Source: Spirochaetia bacterium (GTDB taxonomy: Bacteria > Spirochaetota > Spirochaetia > SZUA-6 > Bin103). From it: a DNA stretch of 64,000 nt. The notes under the pieces are model-generated. The model was not told the DNA's origin. It saw nothing but the letters and a program-made list of their open reading frames with translations, and did no database searches. Position numbers and translations under genes: made by a program. Each line of letters begins with the position of its first letter. Position 1 is the stretch's first letter. Shown in pieces: positions 47,598 through 57,063 of this stretch. Location of the stretch: the NCBI GenBank assembly GCA_965203905.1, contig CBDBDQ010000005.1, positions 4,064,001-4,128,000 of the forward strand. The letters are read 5' to 3'.

Positions 47598-50500
47598 GCG
47601 CCGCTCCTGCTGAGTCGGCTGGAGAGGTCCTGCAGGAACAGGTTCACCTGGGGCTCGACGTCGCGCAGTGACCGGTTGGCGCGGAACTTCTTGTGATGGG
47701 CCGAGTCGAAGTCGGTGTCGAGCATCTCGCGGAGGAGCGGCTTCCTGGTCCGGAGCTCATGCCGCTGGTATTGCATGGACACCCCGTCAGCGCGGTAGTC
47801 GTCGAGGATCGCCCGCCACGAGTCGAGCAGGTCACCGATCCGGTTCTGAATGCTGCGCAGCCGTTCTTCGCGTTCGGCCTCGTCCTGCATGGGCTGCTCG
47901 TTGATCCGGGCGCGAAAGACTTCGAGCAACAGCCGTTCGAGCTCCACCCGCTCTGCCTCGATCGCCTCCACCCCGGCCGGCGGCGTCATCGGTGATCGTG
48001 CGTGACGGGCTAGGGTTACCAGCGCCCCCGCGAAGCCGCGGTCCAGGGCGCGTGCGGCGAACGGGGTCACGCTGGCCACCTCCACCGAGCGGTAGAACGT
48101 CTCGTGGTAGTGCCGGAAGCGCTCGTAGTGCGACCGGTCCCGCGGCCGATGCACGTTGTAGAGCATCACCACCAGCCCGGGACGGTTGTCGTCGCGTCCG
48201 ACCCGGCTGGTGGCCTGGATGTACTCGGAGTTGGTCTTCGGCTGTCCGTACACCAGCATCAGCCCGAGGCGCTGGATGTCCAGGCCCACCGAGATCATGT
48301 TGGTCGCGATGGCGCAGTCCACCCGCTGCTTGCGGTCGCGGAAGGTCGTCTGCAGGCGCCGCCGGGCCTCGGCCACCCGATCGGTGCTCACCCGCGAGGT
48401 CAGCTCGACCACGTCGGAGAAGCTGGTGCGGTCGCGAAACAGTCCCCGCGCCTCGCCGAGCCGCTTGCGGTCGCCGTAGCGCTTCAGCGTGTTCTGGACC
48501 TCTTCTTCCAGGATCCTCCGGGCGCCGCCGAGCTCGCGCAGGCTGTTGAAGTAGCCAAGCACGGTCATGTAGGGATCGGCAGGATTGTCCCGGTTACGGG
48601 GACCTCCGGCGTCGCGCCAGGCCCGTTCCGCCGCGCCCATCAGCGCCAGCAATACCCGCCGCATCGCCTCCTTCGGGTTGCGTCCCTGGGACGCGATGCC
48701 GACGTACTGCCGAGCATTTCGCTCCGCTGCGGGCATGGTGCGCGCGAAGAACGAATCGTCACGAGACGGTCCCGGCGGCGGGAAGATGTGCGTCGCCGGG
48801 CGCCCGAAGAGGCCCTGAACCTGTTCCCGAGCGTGGCGCACCGTCGCCGTCGATGCGACGATCTTGGGCTTCACCCTCCTGCCGTCGATCTCCCTCGCGC
48901 ACAGCGCTTCGATGGCCGCCTCGTAGAGGCCGGCCATGGTGCCCAGGGGTCCGGAGATCAGGTGCAGCTCGTCCTGGATGATGAGATCCGGCGGCGGCAG
49001 CGGCTGGCTCAGGCGGTTGCCCCGGCGCGGCTCGGCGGCACCGTAGAACCCGCTCTCATCGTGGCGGTCGGCGCCCCCGAGGAGCGCCCCGGACTCGCCG
49101 ACCCAGGGCAACGAGGCGAACTTGTCGACGGTGGCGACCAGAAAGGCCGGCAGCCGCCGGTACAGCGGCTCGTCCACGGCGACTATGGGCAGTGGCGTGT
49201 CGCCCGAGAAGTCGCACTCCCAACTGGCGCAGGCGATGCGCAACTCGGTCGGGTGATCGGAATCCGGCAGCAGCGTGAAGGATTCCGGGGTGAAGTCTTC
49301 CCCACACCAGGGGCAACTCTCCAGGGGAATGGGGGCCGGCCTGCCCTGCGGGTTGTTCTTGTACTGGCTGACCTTGCTGCGCGCCGAGTCCGAACGGTTG
49401 TCGCCCCGTTCGCCGAGTCGGTTGGGCGTGCCCGCCTTGCCCACCCACAAGCCGATCTCGAACGGCCAGGTGCCATACCGGGCGGTGTCCTTGCGCCGCT
49501 CCAGCTCAAGCGCGCACACCAGCCCTGCCGCGCGGCCGAGCTGATCCAGCGTCAGCAGCCGCAACGTGTAGCGCATGACGACGCTCACGCCGGCACCGGC
49601 CCGGCCGCCGTCCTCCGGATGGCGCAGCCGCCGCAACACCATGGCAAACGCCGCAAGCCCGAGATACGCCTCGGTCTTGCCACCGCCGGTGGGGAAGAAG
49701 AGGAGGTCCACGAACTCGCGCTCGGGATTCGCCGGGTCCGCGAGGCCGGACAGGTTCAGCAACAGGAAGGCGATCTGGAAGGCACGCCATCGGGGCGGGT
49801 CGGTCACCCCTTCACGGGCCAGCCGCCGAGAGAGCGCGGCCGCGACGGCGCGGTTCGCGACGCAGAAGGCATCTAGCGCGTCCGAATCCTGCGCGAGGAC
49901 GCGGATGCCCCGCTCCATGCGGTTGGCGGCGGAACGGGCGTGGAACACCAGCTCCTCGGCCGTCTCGCGGCGTTCTCCTGTCAGGTCGGTGAGTCGGGCG
50001 TCCTGCTGGTCGATCCAGGCGCGGTAACCGGTGACCAGCGGTGTCAACGCACGTTCCGCGACACCGCCATCGGAGAGTTCGCCGAGCGCCGCCATGGCAA
50101 GCTCGACACCCGGCACCTCCACGGTCTCGGTCGTCTCCACCTCGGCCGTGGGATTCCAGGTGGTGCGCAGCAGCCGGCAGGCGCCCTCTACGAGGAGCCA
50201 GTCCGCGGCCACGCCGTGACCGGCCGCGTACTCAGGCGTGTCGGCGTAATGGAGATCTGCGATACGTTCGTCGGGATCATCACCCGACACCCCACGCGGA
50301 TCGGGACGCGGCACGAACGGAATCGCGCTCCGTACCTCCAGCTCCGCTTGGAAAGCGAACGCCGCGTCGCGAACGAGGTCCGCCACGGCGGACCGCCCGT
50401 TCACCAGAAACAGCGACACGGATCGCGTCCCCGGCGGAATCCGGTCCGCGAACGTCGCAACCCTCACGGGGCGGGCGACCGCATGGAGGATCAGCCCTTG

Positions 50501-51082
50501 AGAACCCGGCACCGGCTCCTGGTACGGATCATCCGCTCCGCCAAGCGTCACCCGGACCTCCTCTTCACGGGCCGTACGCTGCCACCGCGTCGACGCCTGT
50601 CCCTCGCTCCTGACAACGGCCCCGTCGGCCGCGCCTTTCGTTTCGTTGGATGACTCGTCGCTGGCGGGCGCATCATCGTTCCGTCCGTCGTCCCGGGATG
50701 CGTCCTCGACGTAGCGGTAGTCACCCCACCGGACGGTCACATCCACCGCATCCACGCCCTCTGCAACCAGGAAGCTCAAGCCCATCGACGACGGAAAGAA
50801 GCTCTTCTTGGCAGATCGCCGGTCTTCCGTGGAATCATCGCCGAGCCCGCTCTCACCGGCGACCTCCGGATCGAAGTCCTCGTCCGCGTCGGCGTCCGCG
50901 CGCTGTTCCGCAGGTGCCTCCCGCGGGACCAGAAACCCGGTGAGATACCAGTTGGACGGCCGCACCCACCCCGGCAAGCGCTCATCGGCGAGCGGATGCC
51001 CGGCACCGGGACCAATAAGGTCCAACTCCAGCGCCTCCCGAAGCCGGGAACGTACCTCAGCGGGTTGGATCACCTGCCCCAT
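47594..51082 (-). CDS. drmA: DISARM helicase DrmA
   Basis: WRAFQIAF, FFPTGGGKTEAY, RYTLRLLT, TVDKFA, QDELHLISGPLG, TNMISVGLD, YIQATSRVGR, RDRSHYE. Confidence 0.93.
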   Translation of the reverse strand: MGQVIQPAEVRSRLREALELDLIGPGAGHPLADERLPGWVRPSNWYLTGFLVPREAPAEQRADADADEDFDPEVAGESGLGDDSTEDRRSAKKSFFPSSMGLSFLVAEGVDAVDVTVRWGDYRYVEDASRDDGRNDDAPASDESSNETKGAADGAVVRSEGQASTRWQRTAREEEVRVTLGGADDPYQEPVPGSQGLILHAVARPVRVATFADRIPPGTRSVSLFLVNGRSAVADLVRDAAFAFQAELEVRSAIPFVPRPDPRGVSGDDPDERIADLHYADTPEYAAGHGVAADWLLVEGACRLLRTTWNPTAEVETTETVEVPGVELAMAALGELSDGGVAERALTPLVTGYRAWIDQQDARLTDLTGERRETAEELVFHARSAANRMERGIRVLAQDSDALDAFCVANRAVAAALSRRLAREGVTDPPRWRAFQIAFLLLNLSGLADPANPEREFVDLLFFPTGGGKTEAYLGLAAFAMVLRRLRHPEDGGRAGAGVSVVMRYTLRLLTLDQLGRAAGLVCALELERRKDTARYGTWPFEIGLWVGKAGTPNRLGERGDNRSDSARSKVSQYKNNPQGRPAPIPLESCPWCGEDFTPESFTLLPDSDHPTELRIACASWECDFSGDTPLPIVAVDEPLYRRLPAFLVATVDKFASLPWVGESGALLGGADRHDESGFYGAAEPRRGNRLSQPLPPPDLIIQDELHLISGPLGTMAGLYEAAIEALCAREIDGRRVKPKIVASTATVRHAREQVQGLFGRPATHIFPPPGPSRDDSFFARTMPAAERNARQYVGIASQGRNPKEAMRRVLLALMGAAERAWRDAGGPRNRDNPADPYMTVLGYFNSLRELGGARRILEEEVQNTLKRYGDRKRLGEARGLFRDRTSFSDVVELTSRVSTDRVAEARRRLQTTFRDRKQRVDCAIATNMISVGLDIQRLGLMLVYGQPKTNSEYIQATSRVGRDDNRPGLVVMLYNVHRPRDRSHYERFRHYHETFYRSVEVASVTPFAARALDRGFAGALVTLARHARSPMTPPAGVEAIEAERVELERLLLEVFRARINEQPMQDEAEREERLRSIQNRIGDLLDSWRAILDDYRADGVSMQYQRHELRTRKPLLREMLDTDFDSAHHKKFRANRSLRDVEPQVNLFLQDLSSRLSRSGA

Positions 51083-51097
51083 GTCGGCTCTGGCCTA

Positions 51098-51646
51098 TCA
51101 GTGCTGGCGAAAGTCGGCCCGCCGCACCGTAAGAAGCGTGAACAGCGCCTCCCGAGCGGCGCTCGAAGCATCACGCAGCCGCCTGCGCGCGTTCCGGCCG
51201 TTCCTGCACGCCTGGACCAGATGCCAATGGGCGAACCTCTCATCGTGGTCGTAGTCGGCCGCATGCCGCCGCTCCTGCATGTCGTTGAACAACCGCAGGC
51301 TGTCAACCAGAGCAGCATCCTTCGCCGTCACGTCGAGCAGCGGACCAAGTCTCTCGAGCTGCCCAGGCAGCGCAGCATCCGGAGAGTGTTTCAGGACTTT
51401 GGCCCGGTCGACGACGTACTCAGCGAGCTGAGAGATCTCGCCATGCGACCAAGAGCGACGGATATCGTTCTGAATCTCGAGAGGACATGAACCGACCAGA
51501 TGACTCGCCGCGTGCTTGGTCAGGTCATGAAAGACCGCATAGTAGGCAGCGCTGATGCCCCGCCTGAGATCCGTATCCGTTGGGTGGCCTCTTCCGGTGT
51601 CCGCGAGCTGCTCCGCGTGCCTGAGGAGACCGTCGGGATCAATCAT
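51098..51646 (-). CDS. HEPN-domain protein, putative RNase toxin
   Basis: LRRGISAAYYAVFH helix and RRHAADYD motif; start ATG 51646 overlaps the stop of the upstream small gene. Confidence 0.78.
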   Translation of the reverse strand: MIDPDGLLRHAEQLADTGRGHPTDTDLRRGISAAYYAVFHDLTKHAASHLVGSCPLEIQNDIRRSWSHGEISQLAEYVVDRAKVLKHSPDAALPGQLERLGPLLDVTAKDAALVDSLRLFNDMQERRHAADYDHDERFAHWHLVQACRNGRNARRRLRDASSAAREALFTLLTVRRADFRQH

Positions 51647-52007
51647 CGGCGGGCGGTCTGGGACGACCAGCCACCGTGACCACGAAGACCCCCCACTCGT
51701 CGACCTTGGTGCCAACCAGCCGTCTGCGAAGGTCAGCGGTAGCGTTGTCCGCCGCTTCGCCGGGGTAGTCGCGGATGTCGAAGTTATCAGCGTCAAGATC
51801 AAGCACCACCGAGAACACGAAGATCTTTCGATTCTTGCTGCCGTACCGGGTGGTCCACTCCGCGTCGTAGGCGGGAGAGTCGGGGCGCAGGCTCGCGACG
51901 AACTCCTTCCTGATCCGCTCGGCATCCTGCTTCGCCGCGTCTAGCGCCGCCTGGAACTCGGTGGCACTGAGCTCATCCTGCCACGCATACACGCTGGGCC
52001 AACTCAT
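51639..52007 (-). CDS. MSWPSVYAW-family small protein, copy B (intact, coupled to HEPN)
   Basis: 122 aa, acidic; promoter TTGAGA-17-TAGGCT-7-ATG at 52015-52043. Confidence 0.85.
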   Translation of the reverse strand: MSWPSVYAWQDELSATEFQAALDAAKQDAERIRKEFVASLRPDSPAYDAEWTTRYGSKNRKIFVFSVVLDLDADNFDIRDYPGEAADNATADLRRRLVGTKVDEWGVFVVTVAGRPRPPADD

Positions 52008-52167
52008 GTTCCTCAGCCTACCGAGCTACGCCGTCCCTCTCAAGCTCGGATGGGCACATGTGTTCTTCTTGGCTGGTCGTCCGATCCTCGGTGGATTCGT
52101 CCTCAAGCCCGCCGTACCAGTGACACGCTCGGAGTCGTCGCCCGCTCGACGCTCCCCGAGGGTCCCC

Positions 52168-52551
52168 TCAGGGCGAGACGCTCAGTGGTTCGGATGACCG
52201 TCTGGGGCAACCGCTCACGGTGACCACGAAGACACCCCATTCAGCGACCTTGGTGCCGAGAAGCCGTTTGCGCAGGTCAGCCTTGGCGTAGTTCACCGCT
52301 TCGTAGGGGTAGTCGCGGATATCGAAGTCGTCGCCGTCAAGATCGAGCACCACCGAGAACTCGAAGATCAATCGGTCCTTGCTGCCGTACCGGGTGGTCC
52401 ACTTCGCGTCGTAGGCGGGAGAGTCGGGCGGCAGGCTCGCGACGAACTCCTTCCTAACCCGCTCGGCATCCTGTTTCGCCGCGTCCAGCGCCGCCTGGAA
52501 CTCGGTGACACTGAGCTCATCCTGCCACGCATACACACCCGGCCAGCTCAT
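52168..52551 (-). CDS. MSWPSVYAW-family small protein, copy A (intact)
   Basis: 127 aa; about 20 differences from copy B over the first 117 aa by manual count; promoter TTGAGC-18-TAGGCT-7-ATG at 52559-52588. Confidence 0.85.
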   Translation of the reverse strand: MSWPGVYAWQDELSVTEFQAALDAAKQDAERVRKEFVASLPPDSPAYDAKWTTRYGSKDRLIFEFSVVLDLDGDDFDIRDYPYEAVNYAKADLRKRLLGTKVAEWGVFVVTVSGCPRRSSEPLSVSP

Positions 52552-52659
52552 GTTCCTCAGCCTATCGGAGCATCCTGCCCCGGCTCAAGGGCACCGGGTC
52601 ACCGTGGACTCGTGACGGCGTGCACAATGCCGACTGCCGCCGCCGACCGCTTGCGACAG

Positions 52660-53231
52660 CATTCGCGAGTCGACCGCCCGCCAAATCTTGTCGAACGACG
52701 GCGAACGGCGGCACGCCAACGCCATGTCGAAGCGCGCAGTCGGCGCCGTCTGGTCTGCCGTCGGTCGGTACGGTGTGTTTCGCCGCTGGCTGAGCCACTC
52801 CTTGGCGGCCTCGGATCGACTCCGGGTCGGGCGGTGCAACGAGGTCCGCGCGAAAAAGGTACGTCCGCCCGCAATGGACTCGACCGAAGCAAGGAACTAC
52901 GCTTCATACTCGCACTTCGCTACGACTGCTTCGATACGCCGATCCGCGCGCCGACCGGGCGCCCGCGAGCAGAGCCGGGCCAAGTCGTGTCGGACAATCT
53001 CCGTTGGCGTCGAGTAGAATCAGTATGCCGCCGCCAGCGCCAACGCGCGAGGGGCGACGCCGACCACCGTTCCCAGCATACTGTCTTTCACGAATCCGTT
53101 CGCTGGACGCGGATTGGTTTCAGGATCACGGGAGCACTCGCCGGCGTGAGTTCCTGCACGATCCGTCGGAGCAAGACCGGTACCGCCTGAACTTCACCGC
53201 TACCTTCGACGATGGCGATGATCGAGACCAC
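52660..53231 (-). pseudogene. DUF4276-family (TOPRIM-like) gene, multiply frameshifted
   Basis: Pieces across frames: IAIVEGSGEVQAVPVLLRRI, GILILLDANGDCP, VVAKCEYEA-stop-FLAS, AKEWL..YRPTADQ..FD..RSPSFDK. Confidence 0.75.
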
Positions 53232-53234
53232 AAT

Positions 53235-54428
53235 CAAGCCTTGCTGAACAGGTCGACAGGTTGCGGCCGTGCGAAATTGGGATCCGGGTGTAGCTAATCG
53301 ATACGGAGAAGCTCGCCAGCGGTGAACGCGCCGTCCTGCAGTACCGAGCTACATCGTCCATCGGCCCTGTCCTCTAGGCACGGTCGAGGGAGACTACCGG
53401 TAAGAGCGAATCGACGGGAATCGACTCCCGATCCAGGAGATCGGCGCTGTGCGTGGTGACGACAACCTGCGTCCGTTCGCTCGCCTCAAGGAGCGCATCC
53501 ACCAGGACCCCGGCAGCTTCAGGATGAAGTGCGGTCTCGGGTTCCTCGACGCCGAGCAGGCGAGCGGCGCTAGCGGCGCCGGGACTCTGGAACAGCACCA
53601 GGAGGACGCCCAGAACGTGCAGCACGCCATCCGACATGCTATGCGCAAAGAACTCCGCGCGCGTCATCGCGTCCCCGTTGATGGAATTCGAGAGCATGTC
53701 GGTTGCCGAAGACCCGAGAATCCACACCAATTATCTCCGGCGCGAAAGCACTGAGTTAGTCCGTAATGCGGTCGACGCTCGCGGAACCCCGCGACTTCAG
53801 TTTTGCCAGCACGCCGGCGGCGTTGCTGCCGTCCCGTGCCAAGACAGGATCACCTGTCGGCGTATGAAAGCCGCCAAGCGCACGCGCGCCGATGTGGTAG
53901 CATGCCATGCTCTCCAGCGCACGATAGACAGGGCGAAACTCTGACACGTTGGAGACGCGTATCAGATAAAGCGATCCGTCGTCGGGCAGCGGCGGATGTG
54001 CAAGCGAGGTGGCCACACAGCGCCCATGCTCGATACGGAAGAACCGTTCCGCATCGTCACCGGTGGCACGGACCCGGCACTCCTCCCGACGCAGGACGTA
54101 GCCGCCGCCTCGTTTTGCCACGTCAAATGCATACCAGCCAATAACTTCCGTGAGCCGGAAGCCGAGACGGACACCGAAGTGACTCTGTGGCGTCGCTGTC
54201 CGATGGCAGACCTCCACGAAGCCGCCGCGCTCGCTCATTGCGTCGCCGAGATTTAAACCGCAGCGCCTGTGAGGCGAAGCGCACGGCATCGAGGAAGTTG
54301 CTCTTGCCGGAACCATTCGGGCCAACCAGAGTCGTCAATGGAGGCAACTCTACGTTGCACGCCGCGATACTCTTGTAGTTGTGCAACGCGACCCGGGTGA
54401 TCAGTCGACGATCAGCGAATGTGTTCAT
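53235..54428 (-). pseudogene. AAA_21-type ABC ATPase gene, frameshifted and deleted
   Basis: LHNYKSI..LVGPNGSGKSNFLDA (54428 frame), middle part in the 53756..54325 frame, MSDG..VEEPETALHP..VTTHS in the 53374..53730 frame. Confidence 0.85.
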
Positions 54429-54439
54429 GTCCGTTACCG

Positions 54440-54895
54440 TCAAACTGTCTCCAGCGGTGTGCCAATCGTGCCAGATTCGCCGTTCAGCATACGGAATAGA
54501 CGGCTTCCCGGGATAATGTGGGCGTAGAACTGTGGCGGATGGAAGGACTGTACTACCCGCCGAATGCCACCTATCGGAACAGGTGCAGGTAGTTTCTTTA
54601 CACACGTTAGAACCAAGGCCGACACGCAACCACGACCGCCTACGTAATCCTCGAAGCATGACCGATCGATACGCATCTGTTCACGAAAACGCTTCCATAT
54701 CTCTGGCGGGCTGCCGTGAATCACAGAACTCACATCCGCTTGAGCGACTATTTTCCCGACCGGAAGCGTGAAGTAGAGCCAGATCGTCGTCCCTGAATCG
54801 ATCCTGACGATCCGGTTTCTCAGTTCTACGGTCTTATCACCGGATAGAACCAGTTCTCCGTATGCCGGTCTGAGCGATATTATTGCTTGTCCCAT
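54440..54895 (-). CDS. ASCH-domain protein
   Basis: IISLRPAYGELVLSGDKTVELR (GxKxxExR), IWLYFTLPVGKIV, PPQFY. Confidence 0.88.
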   Translation of the reverse strand: MGQAIISLRPAYGELVLSGDKTVELRNRIVRIDSGTTIWLYFTLPVGKIVAQADVSSVIHGSPPEIWKRFREQMRIDRSCFEDYVGGRGCVSALVLTCVKKLPAPVPIGGIRRVVQSFHPPQFYAHIIPGSRLFRMLNGESGTIGTPLETV

Positions 54896-57063
54896 CAGAT
54901 ATCGCTTCGGTATCCCTGTTCAACAATCAGACCAAGTGAATGGTGTGATATCCTCTCGGCGGTCACGAGATTGGCGTCGCTGACACATCCCATTTTCTTG
55001 AGTATTTTGAAGTCGATGTATTGCGGAAACGGTAGCATACTATCGAACGTGAAGGCAGTGATCTCGTCACCATCGTTCGTGAGTCGCTGAATCTCATTCT
55101 TCGTCAGCACGCCCTGTCTGCTCAAATTCATCACCGCCTGGGTCGTGGTCAGGGTATCCGAAAACGTCACCCTCGTCAGCGCAACCGCCTGGCTGCGTGG
55201 ACCGCTTACGTAGAAGACTACGAGCGTCCCTCTTGGCAAGAGCGTATGCCTGCGAGCCCTGAGGAAGTAGGTTCGTTCAAGCCGGAAGGCCGCGTCGTGG
55301 TGTGACAGTAGCAATCCCTGGCTCCGAGTCTCGGGAAGAAGCTCGTCCGCGTACACGCCCTTGATCGGAACAATAACCGCTCCTCGATGCGGAGCAAGGA
55401 GTACTCCAGGAGCGATGAAAGTCTCGAAGTCGAACAACGACATAGTCCATGATTCGTTCTCTTTGTCGCGACCCAATACTATGCCGGTATTAATCAGTTC
55501 TTGATGACTTGGCAGATCGGCGGGAAGATGAAGACCTGTCACATCGAGGAAGTCGCGCGCGATACTTTGCCAGTTTTCCGGAGTGACGACTCCCGTAATC
55601 GAAACACGGCTCAGCTCAATGTGGAGGTTGTGATCGTTGTTTCGATCGGGATAAAATCCGCGTCGGAGTGCAGTCTCCCTTGTCCTAATCTGGTTCCGTG
55701 GGATCTTCAAATGGAACCGAAAGAGCCGACACTCATCTCGTCCGGTTGCGGGTGCCGCGAGAATGTGGTCAATCGTACGGTCAGCATCAACATGGTCCTC
55801 ATCAACGATCAAGTGGAGGATCGTGTGTGTGCGATCCCGGAGTGCCCATGACCATAGCCCTGTGCCGGTGATCTGGTCCGACGACCGAACCACGACGCTT
55901 CGACGGTAGGAATACCCGGGTGTTGGGCCAAGCCATGAGGCGAGCTCCGATTCGTCAAGGTGGCCGTGTGAGCGCAGAAACCTACCGATACTATCGCGAT
56001 TATGATCGCAAATTTCCGAAACCTGTATCTCGCGTGTCTCTGCTGTGATGGACACAGGGACATCAATTGGGCTGTCGTCCTTCTGAAAAGAGTCGACAAC
56101 GTCCGTCGGAGATACCACATGAAGCCCGTACACTTCGTGAAGCTCTCGAGAATTCCGTAGGATTCCGGAGTCCCTTGTAATAAACCCGTAAGCCCGATGA
56201 TGAATCGATGATGCTAAGTGAATATGATCCGACTTGTCATTCGTCGTCCACCCCTGTGGGCCAGGAGGGTTTGAGGTCAACAGACTCTGCACCCTCGTAA
56301 CGACCTGTCGAAGGAGATCGTTGTCTACGGTCGGAAGACGCGGAAGGCTCCTGGCAAATGTTAGCACCGGGTCGTTGCGTTGGTCCTGAGACGTCCGTTC
56401 CAACTCTGCGACGAATTCAGGAGTCACCACGAGACGAATCTCGTGGTTCAAGGCGAACGACAGTATTTGAGCGGCCTGGCCTGAGTCACGGTACCTAACA
56501 GCATCGAAAAACACGTTCAGATCGATCACATAGGTAGGCGTCGTCAATAGTGGTCTTGCCGGATCAATCTGAATCGAGTTCTGTGCACCACCAGACGTGC
56601 CGAATAGCGACGGCACCTCCAGGTCGAGTGAATACAGATTGAGCATCGTCCCGGATCTCAAGTCGGGGACCTGTCTGATGACTCTAAACCCTGAGTGCTG
56701 CCAGAATATGTTGGCATTCAGTTTCGGCAGTACGCGAGCGGTTATGTTCAGGTACGATAGCTTTGTCGCGTACAATATCAGTTCTTCGATAATCGTTCGA
56801 GCGACACCAGATGTACGATGATCGGGGTGCACACAGATGTGAAATATCCTCAAATGTGGATGCCTTCCGCCGAACAGCAGATATCCTCGGAACTCTCGTG
56901 AGAACATGTCGATCGCTACCCAGAGATTGCCCTTCATGGCTGCTTCCTGGTATGCGCTTCTCGGAAGAAATCCGAGCTGAGGTCGATGGGCATCCGCGAG
57001 ATTGCGAACCTGGTCGATGTATGACATGACTCGCTCGACGTCTTTGAGAACAGATTCAGCCAC
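54895..57063 (-). CDS. GNAT + PIN + degenerate GNAT-like + PUA/EVE-like multidomain protein
   Basis: GNAT: IFHICVHPDHRTSGVARTII..ANIFWQHSGF; PIN: YVIDLNVFFD..FVAEL..SDHIHLA..FITRD; C-terminus VIVPIK..TYF..GTLVVFYVS. GTG start 57063 overlaps the drmMI stop. Confidence 0.8.
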   Translation of the reverse strand: MAESVLKDVERVMSYIDQVRNLADAHRPQLGFLPRSAYQEAAMKGNLWVAIDMFSREFRGYLLFGGRHPHLRIFHICVHPDHRTSGVARTIIEELILYATKLSYLNITARVLPKLNANIFWQHSGFRVIRQVPDLRSGTMLNLYSLDLEVPSLFGTSGGAQNSIQIDPARPLLTTPTYVIDLNVFFDAVRYRDSGQAAQILSFALNHEIRLVVTPEFVAELERTSQDQRNDPVLTFARSLPRLPTVDNDLLRQVVTRVQSLLTSNPPGPQGWTTNDKSDHIHLASSIHHRAYGFITRDSGILRNSRELHEVYGLHVVSPTDVVDSFQKDDSPIDVPVSITAETREIQVSEICDHNRDSIGRFLRSHGHLDESELASWLGPTPGYSYRRSVVVRSSDQITGTGLWSWALRDRTHTILHLIVDEDHVDADRTIDHILAAPATGRDECRLFRFHLKIPRNQIRTRETALRRGFYPDRNNDHNLHIELSRVSITGVVTPENWQSIARDFLDVTGLHLPADLPSHQELINTGIVLGRDKENESWTMSLFDFETFIAPGVLLAPHRGAVIVPIKGVYADELLPETRSQGLLLSHHDAAFRLERTYFLRARRHTLLPRGTLVVFYVSGPRSQAVALTRVTFSDTLTTTQAVMNLSRQGVLTKNEIQRLTNDGDEITAFTFDSMLPFPQYIDFKILKKMGCVSDANLVTAERISHHSLGLIVEQGYRSDI

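Noticed and set aside
51647-51925. 93-aa N-terminal extension of the HEPN ORF
   Set aside because: It is an alternative frame of copy B; the paralogue at 44590 fixes the start at MIDPDGLL.
29881-52551. Diversity-generating retroelement behind the small-gene variants
   Set aside because: Differences between copies involve all bases and many synonymous sites rather than adenines only, and the only RT trace is a 21-codon intron remnant.
29881-52588. Integron-like cassette array
   Set aside because: I found no attC-type inverted core sites and no tyrosine integrase; the shared upstream sequence is explained as a promoter.
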